Source of the DNA: Candidatus Micrarchaeota archaeon
GTDB lineage: Archaea > Micrarchaeota > Micrarchaeia > Anstonellales > Bilamarchaeaceae
DNA length: 64,000 nt
Direction: 5' to 3'
Assembly (NCBI GenBank): GCA_018304385.1
Contig: JAGVWJ010000014.1
Coordinates: 1-64,000, forward strand
The first letter of the stretch is position 1. Every line of letters begins with the position of its first letter. Position numbers and translations under genes: made by a program. The notes under the pieces were generated by a model. It saw nothing but the letters and a program-made list of their open reading frames with translations, made no database searches and had not been told where the DNA came from. Of this stretch, positions 19,903-29,270 are shown in pieces.

Positions 19903-19936
19903 AACAATATTTAAATATTATTTACTAGTTAATCTC

Positions 19937-21577
19937 ATGCAAAAAACAATACTCACAGCTTTTATCCTAATTTTATTTATATCCGCAGCCTTTGCAGAGG
20001 TTGAATGGGAGTATCATGCAGACGCAGGGATTTCATTAAAACCAATAGTATCAGGTAATAAAATATTTATTGCATCACAAGATGGCATTCTACATGCAGT
20101 ATCATTGAATACAGGAAAAATGCTATGGAAGCGGGCAATTGGAAAATTTGTATTACAACCTATTCTGTTTCAAAGTAATATAATTGTTGCAAATAACAAC
20201 GGTACAATAGCAAAAATAAAGCAGGACGGCACAGTTGAATCACAATTAAACATACCCTCGATTAATTCAAAAGTAACTACAATATACGGAATTGATAGTG
20301 CCACAAACAAGATATATCTAACAACAGATGGAGGAGTTTTTACATTAGAAGAGAATAATGTTTCTTCATTTTTTAACGCAACATCTTCAAAGACGTACAC
20401 AAGTCCAACTGTAAGCGGTTCTAAGATAGTTTTCGGTGCAGGTGATGAACTTATCGTCTTAAATACAAATAAACAAGTAGCCTGGCGAAAAAAGGTTGCT
20501 GAATTTTGGACTTCTAAACCAATAGTAGAGGGTTCTGTGATATATATAGGGGCACTGGATAATGCTATATACGCATTTGATTTAGATGACGGGAATTTAC
20601 TTTGGAGGTATGAAACCGATGGATGGGTTGCAAGCACACCATATATAGAAGGAAGCACCGTATACGTAGGAAGCAATGATGGATATGTTTACGCAATATC
20701 AAATGGATATTTACAATGGAAGGCAAAAACAGATCAGGCTGTTCAAACCATGCCAATAAGCGGGAGTTTTGCTGGTAGAGATGCTTTATTTGTTGGTAGT
20801 AGTGATGGAAAGCTTTATGCCGTAGAAAAAAATACAGGGAAAATATTATGGAGATTCTTAGCAGGAGACTGGGTTGCAAGCCCCGCAATTAGCGTGGATA
20901 AAATAATTGTAGGATCAAGAAATGGAATTGTATACAGTATAAAAACTGAAAGAGGTTGTACGATAAACGAGCCAGAAGAAAAATCAACAGTTGGTCAAAA
21001 AGAGGTAAGGTTAAAGGGCATTGCATTATCTAATAGCGGCTCTCCAAGTGTTAGTGTACGCATTGGCAATGATGGACCATGGAAATCAGCAAGCGTAAGC
21101 GGGGATGAATGGAAACTTAAGTTAGATCCTTCTGAAATGCGTGCTGGGCCAAATCGCATATTTTGCAAAGTAAGCGATGCTGGTGGCGAGGAAAGCGAGC
21201 CTTATTACTCTACAATATTACTAAAAAATCCTAGTATACCAAAATCAAAACTCATTGTAACTGCGCCAAAAAGTGTTAATGCAAATAAATTATTTGTAAT
21301 ATCTGTAAATGATGGTGATGATAATTCCCCAGTAGAAGAGTTTAAGATTATATACGAGGGTAAGGAAGAGATTGCCACTGGGAATATAACATTAAATATT
21401 ACAAAGGAAGGAAAATTCTCTGGGAATATAACTAAGACTGGATTTGAGGATACAAGTGTGCAATTAGATATTAAGGTGCCGAATCCATTGGTTGATATGG
21501 CTGTGCCTGCGATTGGCGGGTTATTATTACTAGCGATATTATACTTCTTTGTAGTTAGGAGATTATTTAGAAGATGA
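19937..21577 (+). CDS. Secreted PQQ-like beta-propeller protein with Ig-like domain and C-terminal TM anchor
   Basis: Signal peptide MQKTILTAF; repeated G..YA....G..LW; TM + RRLFRR tail; ORF-track extension is a heptamer array. Confidence 0.82.
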   Translation: MQKTILTAFILILFISAAFAEVEWEYHADAGISLKPIVSGNKIFIASQDGILHAVSLNTGKMLWKRAIGKFVLQPILFQSNIIVANNNGTIAKIKQDGTVESQLNIPSINSKVTTIYGIDSATNKIYLTTDGGVFTLEENNVSSFFNATSSKTYTSPTVSGSKIVFGAGDELIVLNTNKQVAWRKKVAEFWTSKPIVEGSVIYIGALDNAIYAFDLDDGNLLWRYETDGWVASTPYIEGSTVYVGSNDGYVYAISNGYLQWKAKTDQAVQTMPISGSFAGRDALFVGSSDGKLYAVEKNTGKILWRFLAGDWVASPAISVDKIIVGSRNGIVYSIKTERGCTINEPEEKSTVGQKEVRLKGIALSNSGSPSVSVRIGNDGPWKSASVSGDEWKLKLDPSEMRAGPNRIFCKVSDAGGEESEPYYSTILLKNPSIPKSKLIVTAPKSVNANKLFVISVNDGDDNSPVEEFKIIYEGKEEIATGNITLNITKEGKFSGNITKTGFEDTSVQLDIKVPNPLVDMAVPAIGGLLLLAILYFFVVRRLFRR

Positions 21578-22021
21578 TTATTGGCTGGAGCGATCTTCTT
21601 TTAAGACCGATAAAATTCGCAAAAATTCGGTTGGAGAAATAATTTTTATTCCTTCAAATTCCCTTAGCTTCAGCAGGTGCGCGGCATCGTACGTAATAAT
21701 ATAATCAGCTTTCGCTTCTATCGCGCACTCCAAAACTTTGTTATCATCTGGATCATCCTTAACAAAATCAATTTTCCGTTTTGGATCAACTATTTCACAG
21801 CTTTCTAATAATTTGATAATTACTGATTTTATTGCCAAATGCTTTTCTTCTATTTTTTCAATAATCTCTTCGCTATGCATAACTTTGTTGTATTCTTCCA
21901 AAATATCCTTAGAGAGAAAGCATCCTATCCTCTTCTGCTCGATTAATTGCATGATCTGATAGGCTTCACCTTCCCAAAACGTTCCGGATATGAGAACGTT
22001 GGTGTCCAAAACAACGTTCAT
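21578..22021 (-). CDS. PIN-domain toxin (VapC-like)
   Basis: VVLDTNVLIS, DPDDNKVLECA, IITYD..HLL. Confidence 0.9.
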   Translation of the reverse strand: MNVVLDTNVLISGTFWEGEAYQIMQLIEQKRIGCFLSKDILEEYNKVMHSEEIIEKIEEKHLAIKSVIIKLLESCEIVDPKRKIDFVKDDPDDNKVLECAIEAKADYIITYDAAHLLKLREFEGIKIISPTEFLRILSVLKEDRSSQ

Positions 22022-22266
22022 TTCTTTCGCATCTCGTGGATTAGTTTATCTACCTCTGTTTCGTTAATCTTCTTTTTAGCTTCTCGTAATGGTTGGGTAA
22101 CCTGCTTCCATGTCTGTACACTTACTTTTTTGATAAGCAGTGTATCCTCTTCTAAAAAGAAAAACACTCTGGCTCCTTCCTCCAAACCCATTTCCTTGCG
22201 GATATCTACAGGTATGGCTATCTGCCCTCTTGCACTTACTGTTCCCATCTCAAGCATCTCGCTCAT
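22018..22266 (-). CDS. AbrB/MazE/SpoVT-family antitoxin
   Basis: VSARGQIAIP.DIRKEMGL.EG; 4-nt overlap with PIN gene. Confidence 0.9.
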   Translation of the reverse strand: MSEMLEMGTVSARGQIAIPVDIRKEMGLEEGARVFFFLEEDTLLIKKVSVQTWKQVTQPLREAKKKINETEVDKLIHEMRKK

Positions 22267-22284
22267 ATAATCACCAAATCTTAT

Positions 22285-22313
22285 TAGTAAGACAGGTCTT
22301 ATAAATCTTACTA
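22285..22313. promoter_or_regulatory. Inverted repeat (TAGTAAGA-N13-TCTTACTA) straddling the TATA-like box of the AbrB-PIN operon
   Basis: Perfect 8-bp arms around minus-strand TTTATAAG, about 20-45 nt upstream of ATG. Confidence 0.55.
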
Positions 22314-22468
22314 CGGGCTTCTTAGTACCTCTTGTTTTGAGTAGGGTATAAAAATTAGGTCAAGTGGATTTATTCTTTTATGCAAGATCTTCAAATTCTA
22401 GGAATTTGGAGAGATCGAGAACGAAGTTCTCGGGATGGTTTATGTGTAGTAAACCAGAACAAGAAAAT

Positions 22469-22918
22469 TTATGCATATGCACAAGCTGCTGCAGGTGTTG
22501 GTTCCGTTACATCATTTGTACCTTGGATTGGTTCAAGTTTCCGAACGTAAAGTCCCTCACGTCTTAAAACACGAGCTAAATTTTTAGCAAGTTGCAATTC
22601 TAATTCGCTATCGTACCGTATTATCGGCCGCGAATCTTTCCAAACCCGTACCTGTAAAACAGTTTTTCCAGCTTCATTTTTTATATTAAGATCCGCACCA
22701 ACAATTTCGTCATGTGGTTTTGAAGCCCAGTGACTAGAAGGACGACTTCTGTAATATAAGTCATGAGATATTAAAGTCGGCCCAAAACCATAACGGGCTA
22801 TTGCAACTGCAATTGGTTCTACCATTACCTTAAAACCAGAAGGTAATGCTTTTCTTACAATGGCTTCAGCACTTTCTTGTCTTCTTGTTAAATTCCATGA
22901 ACGTAAACCAAGCATCAT
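22469..22918 (-). CDS. Hypothetical protein
   Basis: 149-aa ORF filling the gap downstream of glmS; no motif. Confidence 0.55.
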   Translation of the reverse strand: MMLGLRSWNLTRRQESAEAIVRKALPSGFKVMVEPIAVAIARYGFGPTLISHDLYYRSRPSSHWASKPHDEIVGADLNIKNEAGKTVLQVRVWKDSRPIIRYDSELELQLAKNLARVLRREGLYVRKLEPIQGTNDVTEPTPAAACAYA

Positions 22919-22985
22919 CTATACCACATATATATTTCAGGTAACCTCAATTTTAAATTCTTTCATTTTACCATTTTATTCGACT

Positions 22986-24755
22986 TTACTTAACAGTCAC
23001 GGATTTCGCCAAATTTCTTGGTTTATCTACATCTCTTCCGAGCGCAAGCGCAGTATAATAAGCAATAAGTTGTAATGGAATGGTTTCAAGCAATGGATAA
23101 AGAATCTCGTCTTCTTTGCTAAGCTCCGGAAGCTGAATCCACATGTTAAACGAAGGATGTGGCTTATCGCTTATACCAATTAGATACGCTCCGCGAGCCT
23201 TTGTTTCCAATCCATTGCTTATGCTATCATGGTAGGTATAATCTGTTGGGCAAATTAAAATAACTGGTACCCCGTGTTCTATTAATGCAAGCGTACCATG
23301 TTTAAGCTCGCCTGATGGCATGCCTTCTGCATGAATATAACTGATCTCTTTAAGTTTAAGCGCACCTTCTAATGCAATAGGAAAGTTTACTCCTTTACCA
23401 AGAATATAAACATGAACTTTATTCTTTAGATATTCTGCAATTTCTCGTGCTTTTAGATCAAAATAGGATATATTTTTATCGAGCATACCAATAACTGATT
23501 CTATTTTTTGTTTTTTAATTTCGCCAGAGAGTGCAAACGCAATTAAATAAAATGCCAAGATCTGATTGCTAAATGCTTTAGTAGATGCAACCGCTATTTC
23601 AGGTCCACAGTTTGTATAGAATACCTTATTACTGTCTCTTGCTAAAGAAGAGGAAGGTACATTCACTATACTTATTATTTTCAATCCGCGCTTCTTTGCC
23701 TTGCGAACGCACTCCATGACATCTGCAGTTTCACCGCTTTGAGAAACTGCCAATATTACAGTATCTTTGTCAATCTCATCAACAAAATAAGAAAACTCAT
23801 GCGCCATCATAACTTCGAGCGGGAATTTAGCGATCTTATTTAGAATATGTTTACCAATAACTGCAGAATGTCTCGCTGTTCCACAACCTATCGCAATTAC
23901 TTTCTTATTATGCATCTCATTTGCCAAATCCTGTGCTGAGTCTAGATTCATTCCTTGACGCATTACTACAGGTTGCTCAACTATCTCTTTTAGCATATAA
24001 TGTTTATATTCTCCAAGCTCGATCTTCTGGTTTTTCCAATCTAATTTAGTTGATTGCTTGGTAACAGAATTATTAGTAAGGTAGTTAAAAAATTCAAACG
24101 TTATTTTATTACCAGATTTTTTTGCTAAAGCAATATCCCCTTCTGTCAAAAATATTGCATCATCTGTTTGATCAATAAATGCAAGAGGATCGCTTGCAAA
24201 TATAGCTTCTTTTTCTGCAATGCCAATGGCTAACGGGCTCTCGTTCTTAATTGCCACAAGCTGATCGCTATATCTTGCATCCATGATAACAAGAGAAAAG
24301 GAACCTCTTAACATTGGCGCGATTTGTTTTGCACGTTCGAATAGATCGCCTTGTAATTTTTCGAAAAGATGTGTAACAACCTCACTGTCAGTTTGTGATT
24401 TGAAAGTGTGGCCTTCCTTAATGAGCTGCTCACGAAGTTCTAAGTAGTTTTCAATTATCCCATTGTGTACTATAGCGATCTGATTATTGCAATCAAGATG
24501 CGGGTGGGCGTTTGCCTCGGTTACATTTCCATGAGTTGCCCATCTTGTATGCCCTATAATAATACTAGCAGGATGATTAAATGTTGCTTTAGTTATCCTG
24601 CCTATTTTCTTTTCCATTACTATCCCTGAGCTATTGATTGATGCATAACCCCAGCTATCATACCCGCGATATTCTAGCCTCTTTAGGCCTTCCACAATAT
24701 CGTGTATACCTGAATCGCTTTCATTTAATTTTAGTAAACCTATAATTCCACACAT
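22986..24755 (-). CDS. glmS: Glutamine-fructose-6-phosphate aminotransferase (isomerizing)
   Basis: MCGIIG N-terminus, LEYRGYDS, GHTRWATHG, SQSGETAD, PRNLAKSVT. Confidence 0.97.
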   Translation of the reverse strand: MCGIIGLLKLNESDSGIHDIVEGLKRLEYRGYDSWGYASINSSGIVMEKKIGRITKATFNHPASIIIGHTRWATHGNVTEANAHPHLDCNNQIAIVHNGIIENYLELREQLIKEGHTFKSQTDSEVVTHLFEKLQGDLFERAKQIAPMLRGSFSLVIMDARYSDQLVAIKNESPLAIGIAEKEAIFASDPLAFIDQTDDAIFLTEGDIALAKKSGNKITFEFFNYLTNNSVTKQSTKLDWKNQKIELGEYKHYMLKEIVEQPVVMRQGMNLDSAQDLANEMHNKKVIAIGCGTARHSAVIGKHILNKIAKFPLEVMMAHEFSYFVDEIDKDTVILAVSQSGETADVMECVRKAKKRGLKIISIVNVPSSSLARDSNKVFYTNCGPEIAVASTKAFSNQILAFYLIAFALSGEIKKQKIESVIGMLDKNISYFDLKAREIAEYLKNKVHVYILGKGVNFPIALEGALKLKEISYIHAEGMPSGELKHGTLALIEHGVPVILICPTDYTYHDSISNGLETKARGAYLIGISDKPHPSFNMWIQLPELSKEDEILYPLLETIPLQLIAYYTALALGRDVDKPRNLAKSVTVK

Positions 24756-24886
24756 GCTATGTTCTACCCCTGTTTTCTCATTCTTATATAGACGTCGTAC
24801 TACTTATGTTCTCTATAGGGACGTGGTCTTATATATTCTGCATGCCACGTCGGCCGTTCTATGTCCTCCTCATGGAAGATAAAAAC
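24756..24886 (-). repeat. Dispersed hairpin leader element, copy 3 (upstream of glmS)
   Basis: GTTTTTATCTTCCAT...GGCCGACGTGG-18nt-CCACGTC-CCTATAGAGAACATAAGT...GGGGTAGAACATAGC-ATG. Confidence 0.85.
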
Positions 24887-24960
24887 TTAGAAACAAAACC
24901 TTTATAAAACCTATGTAAAAAAATTTTTATAACTACTAAAAAAATATTTTAGGTGGTAAC

Positions 24961-25854
24961 ATGAGACTAGTAAATGAAAATGGGGAAGCCCTTAGCTGTA
25001 TGGAAATAGATAACCAAAAGATTGCTGCATTATCCGAAGAAAGATTACAGATACTAAGGATGTTAACAAAGCAGCCCATGTACGCAGCAGAGATTGCGCG
25101 AGCACTTGGTATGGAGGAACAGGCGCTCTATTACCATATAAAGCTGCTACAAAAGGCAAGGTTAGTGAAGTTCACTGATTATGAAGAGAAAAAAGGAGGG
25201 GTGGCAAAAAAATTTATTGCTAGCTCTGAGAGTATTGCATTAGTGATAAGTAATAATTGGAAGCACTATACACATTCACAAATCTCAGTCCCAAAAATAT
25301 TCACTCAATTTATTGATGATGGAGCATTCAATGGAAAATTTATTGTTGGTTCTCCTGACCCACATGGAAAATATCGCGCACGTGCAAGCGAATTTCCAAT
25401 TTTAGAGTTGGCAATGCTACTGGGAAGCTATGCAACATTTTCTTTTCCACTTTATGTACTTGACACACAACTAAGTGAAGCTGATAAAAAACAGAATCTG
25501 ATAATAGCTGGTGGACCAAAGGTAAACATGCTAACTGCGGAAATAAATGATACATTGCCATTGCGCTTTGATAAAGCAACATTTGAAATTTATAGTAAAT
25601 TTTCCAAGAAAAGATATAGTGGGAACATTGGTGTTATAGAGCTATTGCCAAATCCATTTGCAAAAAATAAGCGAATAATGGTTGTTGGTGGATTGAATCA
25701 TCATGGCACGCGTGCTGCAATATTTGCGATAATTAAAAAGATGAAGGAAGTAGAATCAGGAAACATGCATAATCCCAAGGCAATCGCAAAAGTCGTCGAA
25801 GGTTTTGATGAGAATGGAGATGGAATAGTTGATGCTGTTGAGGTATTGGAATAG
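24961..25854 (+). CDS. ArsR-like winged-HTH regulator fused to an S-layer-like C-terminal domain
   Basis: RLQIL.ML...PMYAAEIARALG..EQ..YYHIK.L; NLIIAGGPKVN; terminal DENGDGIVD. Confidence 0.75.
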   Translation: MRLVNENGEALSCMEIDNQKIAALSEERLQILRMLTKQPMYAAEIARALGMEEQALYYHIKLLQKARLVKFTDYEEKKGGVAKKFIASSESIALVISNNWKHYTHSQISVPKIFTQFIDDGAFNGKFIVGSPDPHGKYRARASEFPILELAMLLGSYATFSFPLYVLDTQLSEADKKQNLIIAGGPKVNMLTAEINDTLPLRFDKATFEIYSKFSKKRYSGNIGVIELLPNPFAKNKRIMVVGGLNHHGTRAAIFAIIKKMKEVESGNMHNPKAIAKVVEGFDENGDGIVDAVEVLE

Positions 25855-25859
25855 TTACT

Positions 25860-25887
25860 GCCATGAGCTTTGGGCATTGAGCCAATG
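25860..25887 (+). repeat. Phased heptamer array before shared promoter motif of repeat-protein paralogue 1
   Basis: GCCATGA GCTTTGG GCATTGA GCCAATG. Confidence 0.78.
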
Positions 25888-25914
25888 CCTACCTTCTTAA
25901 TCCCTTGTTACCAC
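25887..25914 (+). promoter_or_regulatory. Shared ~28-bp upstream motif of repeat-protein family (copy 1)
   Basis: CTACCTTCTTAATCCCTTGTTACCACAA; near-identical copies at about 32517 and 36784; boundaries approximate. Confidence 0.7.
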
Positions 25915-25923
25915 AACTTCATC

Positions 25924-26874
25924 ATGCATAAAGCTTCAGTAACAGTAGTATTTGGTAGAGAACACGAAACAAGACGTATTAGAGCCCCACATTTAAGACT
26001 AATTCAGGGTGGTTTAGCCAATCATAAACCAGAACCAGAAGAAAGGTCAATTAACTCTTCAAGAACCGTAGAAACAGAATTCAAACGTTGGCTAGCCTTG
26101 TTTTTTATTAAGCGAGGATATTTTTGTATTACCAAGAAAGGTTGTGATGAGCTAGCGGAAATTATAAGAAATCGATATATGGAGAATGCAAGAGAATATT
26201 TAGGTATAAACCCTACTGATTCGTATAGGGATAATTATGTAATTACGGTAGTGGGAGTTTTAACAGATAGCAAGATTAAGGAAAGAATAAAAAGGCACAT
26301 TAAAAAAATGCTAGAAGAAGGAAAAGCTGAAGAATTATATGATAAAGGGTACATTGATCGTGCTAATGAAGTAGATTGGGAAAAAAAAGAGGTACGTATT
26401 GTTGTAATAAGAAAACTCCTAGAGATAACTAGCATTGAACCTAAGGATAGTAGTTATGACCTTTTTAATAATAGTGGTTTAGTTAGAGTACTTAAAAAAT
26501 ATCATAAAGATTCTCACTATAATGCTCTGGTAGAAGCAGGTTACGCATATTCTGAAGATGAGATTAAAGAACATGCAAGAACTATGCAATTTGGAACTGA
26601 AAGAATATATAAATGGGAGATGAAAAGCGTTGGAAATTACTTTTGGGAAAGTATAGACATGAGAACTGCCGCAACTAGATGGGTCATATGGAAATTAAAT
26701 AAAAATTCAAGAGAGATAATATTGGGTGATTTTAAAAATAATGGATTAGGCGGATTGTTAACTCATCATTACAAAGATTCTCCTTATGAAGCGCTTCTAG
26801 AAGCAGGTCTTGTCACTCCAGCAGATGAAGCACATATGCGCCGCTATGGCCAAGCAAGATTCAAAGAGGTCTAA
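25924..26874 (+). CDS. ~88-aa repeat protein family (DUF4046-like), paralogue 1 with one full repeat
   Basis: EFKRWLALFFI N-domain and SPYEALLEA C-cap shared with 32553 and 36820; start set by shared upstream motif. Confidence 0.8.
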   Translation: MHKASVTVVFGREHETRRIRAPHLRLIQGGLANHKPEPEERSINSSRTVETEFKRWLALFFIKRGYFCITKKGCDELAEIIRNRYMENAREYLGINPTDSYRDNYVITVVGVLTDSKIKERIKRHIKKMLEEGKAEELYDKGYIDRANEVDWEKKEVRIVVIRKLLEITSIEPKDSSYDLFNNSGLVRVLKKYHKDSHYNALVEAGYAYSEDEIKEHARTMQFGTERIYKWEMKSVGNYFWESIDMRTAATRWVIWKLNKNSREIILGDFKNNGLGGLLTHHYKDSPYEALLEAGLVTPADEAHMRRYGQARFKEV

Positions 26875-26927
26875 TTAACCTATAACATTTATAAATAAAC
26901 AAAGGAATAAGATAACTAGGTGGAATT

Positions 26928-27146
26928 ATGGAATACGTTCAAATTTCTAAAGAAGAATATGAAAAATTGCTAAAATACCGAGACATTGTAAACAACATTG
27001 AAGAGGATATTCATGAAGAGCTAAATGTAAAACCTATAACTGATAAGCGAGCAATAGAGAAACTAAAGCGATTGGATAAGGAGGTAAAGGAAGGCAAAAG
27101 AAAAACTTTTTCTAAGGAAGAATTCCTAGCTGAATTCGGTAAATGA
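26928..27146 (+). CDS. Putative antitoxin
   Basis: 72 aa, directly upstream of RelE-like gene; GGTGG RBS. Confidence 0.65.
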   Translation: MEYVQISKEEYEKLLKYRDIVNNIEEDIHEELNVKPITDKRAIEKLKRLDKEVKEGKRKTFSKEEFLAEFGK

Positions 27147-27155
27147 GTAGGTCTA

Positions 27156-27425
27156 ATGTATAACTTGGAATTCGAAAATGACTGGAGATCATATTTCAGA
27201 AATGTTCCCCTAGATATTCAAAATCGATTTAAGAAAAGACTAGACAAATATGAAACTTTTCCTAGCTTTGCTTTCAGACATGAAAAGCATGGTTTGGATT
27301 TCTTTGTAGATGAAATAAATCAGTATCGAGTTTTATTTACATCAGACGAAAAGTCAAAAATTAGAAGATTCTATTTTATTGGGGATCATAAAGAATATGA
27401 GAAATTTCTAGGGACTAGAAAATAG
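27156..27425 (+). CDS. RelE/ParE-like toxin
   Basis: 89 aa; MY.LEF...W, YRVLF, FIGDH.EY pattern. Confidence 0.7.
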   Translation: MYNLEFENDWRSYFRNVPLDIQNRFKKRLDKYETFPSFAFRHEKHGLDFFVDEINQYRVLFTSDEKSKIRRFYFIGDHKEYEKFLGTRK

Positions 27426-27433
27426 TTGATCTT

Positions 27434-28636
27434 ATGGCCGAAAGTCAGCAACTCTACGAATTCAAGAAAGCACTTAAACGCTTGGGTGAATTTCGAGGAA
27501 GCGGAACAGAATTAATATCTGCATACATAAACTCAGGCTCACCCTTGCATGATATGTCGAACCGCTTAAGAGAAGAAATGAATCAGGCAAGCAATATAAA
27601 ATCCAAAAGCACTAGGACAAATGTTATTGGCGCGCTAGAGCGCATCCTACAGCATTTCAAAATATACAAACAAACACCGCCAAATGGCTTAGCTGTTTTC
27701 TGCGGCAATATAAGCGATAATCCTTCAAAAACAGATATAGACATATTCGCAATAGAACCGCCATTCAAATTAGGTATTGGAACATACCGCTGCGATAGCA
27801 AATTCTTTTTAGAACCATTGCAAAAAATGATTGAAAATACTGATACATACGGTATAGTAGTATTAGATGGAAGAGAGGCAACGCTTGCAATTCTTAGAGG
27901 CACACAGGTTGATATACTTAAAAAAGTTACTTCAATGGCGCATGCAAAAATTAAGGTGGGTGGACAATCAGCTAGGAGATACCAACGCCTCATAGAAGAA
28001 AGCATAGAATATTATTATAAAAAAGTTGGAGAAAATATGGATGAATTTTTTGTTGGAAAAACAAAAGGCGTTATCGTTGGTGGACCAGGGCCTACCAAGG
28101 AATTTTTTATGAAAATGAAGCCTTTCAATTATCAAATAAAAGTTTTAGGGGTGGTTGATACTGGGTACACTGACGAATATGGTGTAAGCGAGGTCCTCAC
28201 AAAAAGCACAGATATACTCGCAGAACAAGAGACAATAAAAGAGAAAAAACTTATTGAAAACTTTATTAGGGAAATAGTAAATGATAGGCTAGCAACATAT
28301 GGAGAAAAACAAGTTAGAGATGCAATAGAAAATAATCAAGCAGACAAGGTATTGATATCTGAGGGATTAGAATACAAAAAAGCTACATACTCATGCAACG
28401 CTTGCGGTGCAAAACAGGATAAATTAACAAAAGAAAAAGCACAAGACAGGATTTCATGCAAATGCGGAAGTGAAATGAAACTAGAAAAAGAAACAGAACT
28501 ATTGGAAGAAATTGTAGAATTAGCTAGAGCACACAATATTGAGGTTGAAATTATATCAACAAATACTAGTGAAGGGTTGCAACTACTAAATGGATTTGGA
28601 GGGATTGGTGCATTTTTAAGATACCGAACCAAGTGA
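27434..28636 (+). CDS. prf1: Peptide chain release factor aRF1
   Basis: NIKS, YRCD, GGQSARR motifs; GFGGIGAFLRY. Confidence 0.97.
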   Translation: MAESQQLYEFKKALKRLGEFRGSGTELISAYINSGSPLHDMSNRLREEMNQASNIKSKSTRTNVIGALERILQHFKIYKQTPPNGLAVFCGNISDNPSKTDIDIFAIEPPFKLGIGTYRCDSKFFLEPLQKMIENTDTYGIVVLDGREATLAILRGTQVDILKKVTSMAHAKIKVGGQSARRYQRLIEESIEYYYKKVGENMDEFFVGKTKGVIVGGPGPTKEFFMKMKPFNYQIKVLGVVDTGYTDEYGVSEVLTKSTDILAEQETIKEKKLIENFIREIVNDRLATYGEKQVRDAIENNQADKVLISEGLEYKKATYSCNACGAKQDKLTKEKAQDRISCKCGSEMKLEKETELLEEIVELARAHNIEVEIISTNTSEGLQLLNGFGGIGAFLRYRTK

Positions 28637-28688
28637 GGTTCTTAAAAAGCTTGTGATGCATCACAGGATTTTTAAGATATAAGAAGAA

Positions 28689-29261
28689 CTAAGATGAATT
28701 TGTTTGATTATTTGGCTGAGAAGTGGGCACAGGTTCTGGCTGTGGGGTAGGCTCAGGTAATTTTATATTTATATTACACGAATTAGGCGCATACCCCTCG
28801 CTAATGCCAACCTCTAGTTTGGTTTTATAGAATTTACTTTGGTTTCCTTGTTTTATATTGATAATTGGGTTTGTTGCAGCATTTATTTTATTTAGACAGC
28901 TATTAAGATCAACAACACCATCTAATGTTGTGCATTCACTACCTTCTAAAGCAAAAATGGTTATGTTCTTTCCTACCAAACCTGTACTACCCGCAAAATC
29001 AATGCCGCATTGCTGAATATTTTTTCTAATTACATCACTATTAACATCCCGAAGATCTTGAATTATAAAAACATCACTAGATGCTAATAGCCCTTCAGCG
29101 AATACATCTGGTTCTACTGAACCATCACTGTTATCAGTTTTATTAATAGTATCATTAATTTTATTGTCATCAGCTTGTATGGATTTTGAGGGGTTTGCAA
29201 GAATCAGATAAGCAGCCACTAATGCCAGTACTACTAGTAAAATAGTTACAGTATTTTTCAT
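28689..29261 (-). CDS. Hypothetical membrane-anchored protein with Pro-rich tail
   Basis: N-terminal TM; PEPTPQPEPVP tail; GGAG RBS. Confidence 0.7.
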   Translation of the reverse strand: MKNTVTILLVVLALVAAYLILANPSKSIQADDNKINDTINKTDNSDGSVEPDVFAEGLLASSDVFIIQDLRDVNSDVIRKNIQQCGIDFAGSTGLVGKNITIFALEGSECTTLDGVVDLNSCLNKINAATNPIINIKQGNQSKFYKTKLEVGISEGYAPNSCNINIKLPEPTPQPEPVPTSQPNNQTNSS

Positions 29262-29270
29262 ATGTCTCCC

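Noticed and set aside
24756-24886. glmS ribozyme upstream of glmS
   Set aside because: It lacks the AGCGCC core of the bacterial ribozyme, and the same element precedes five unrelated genes.
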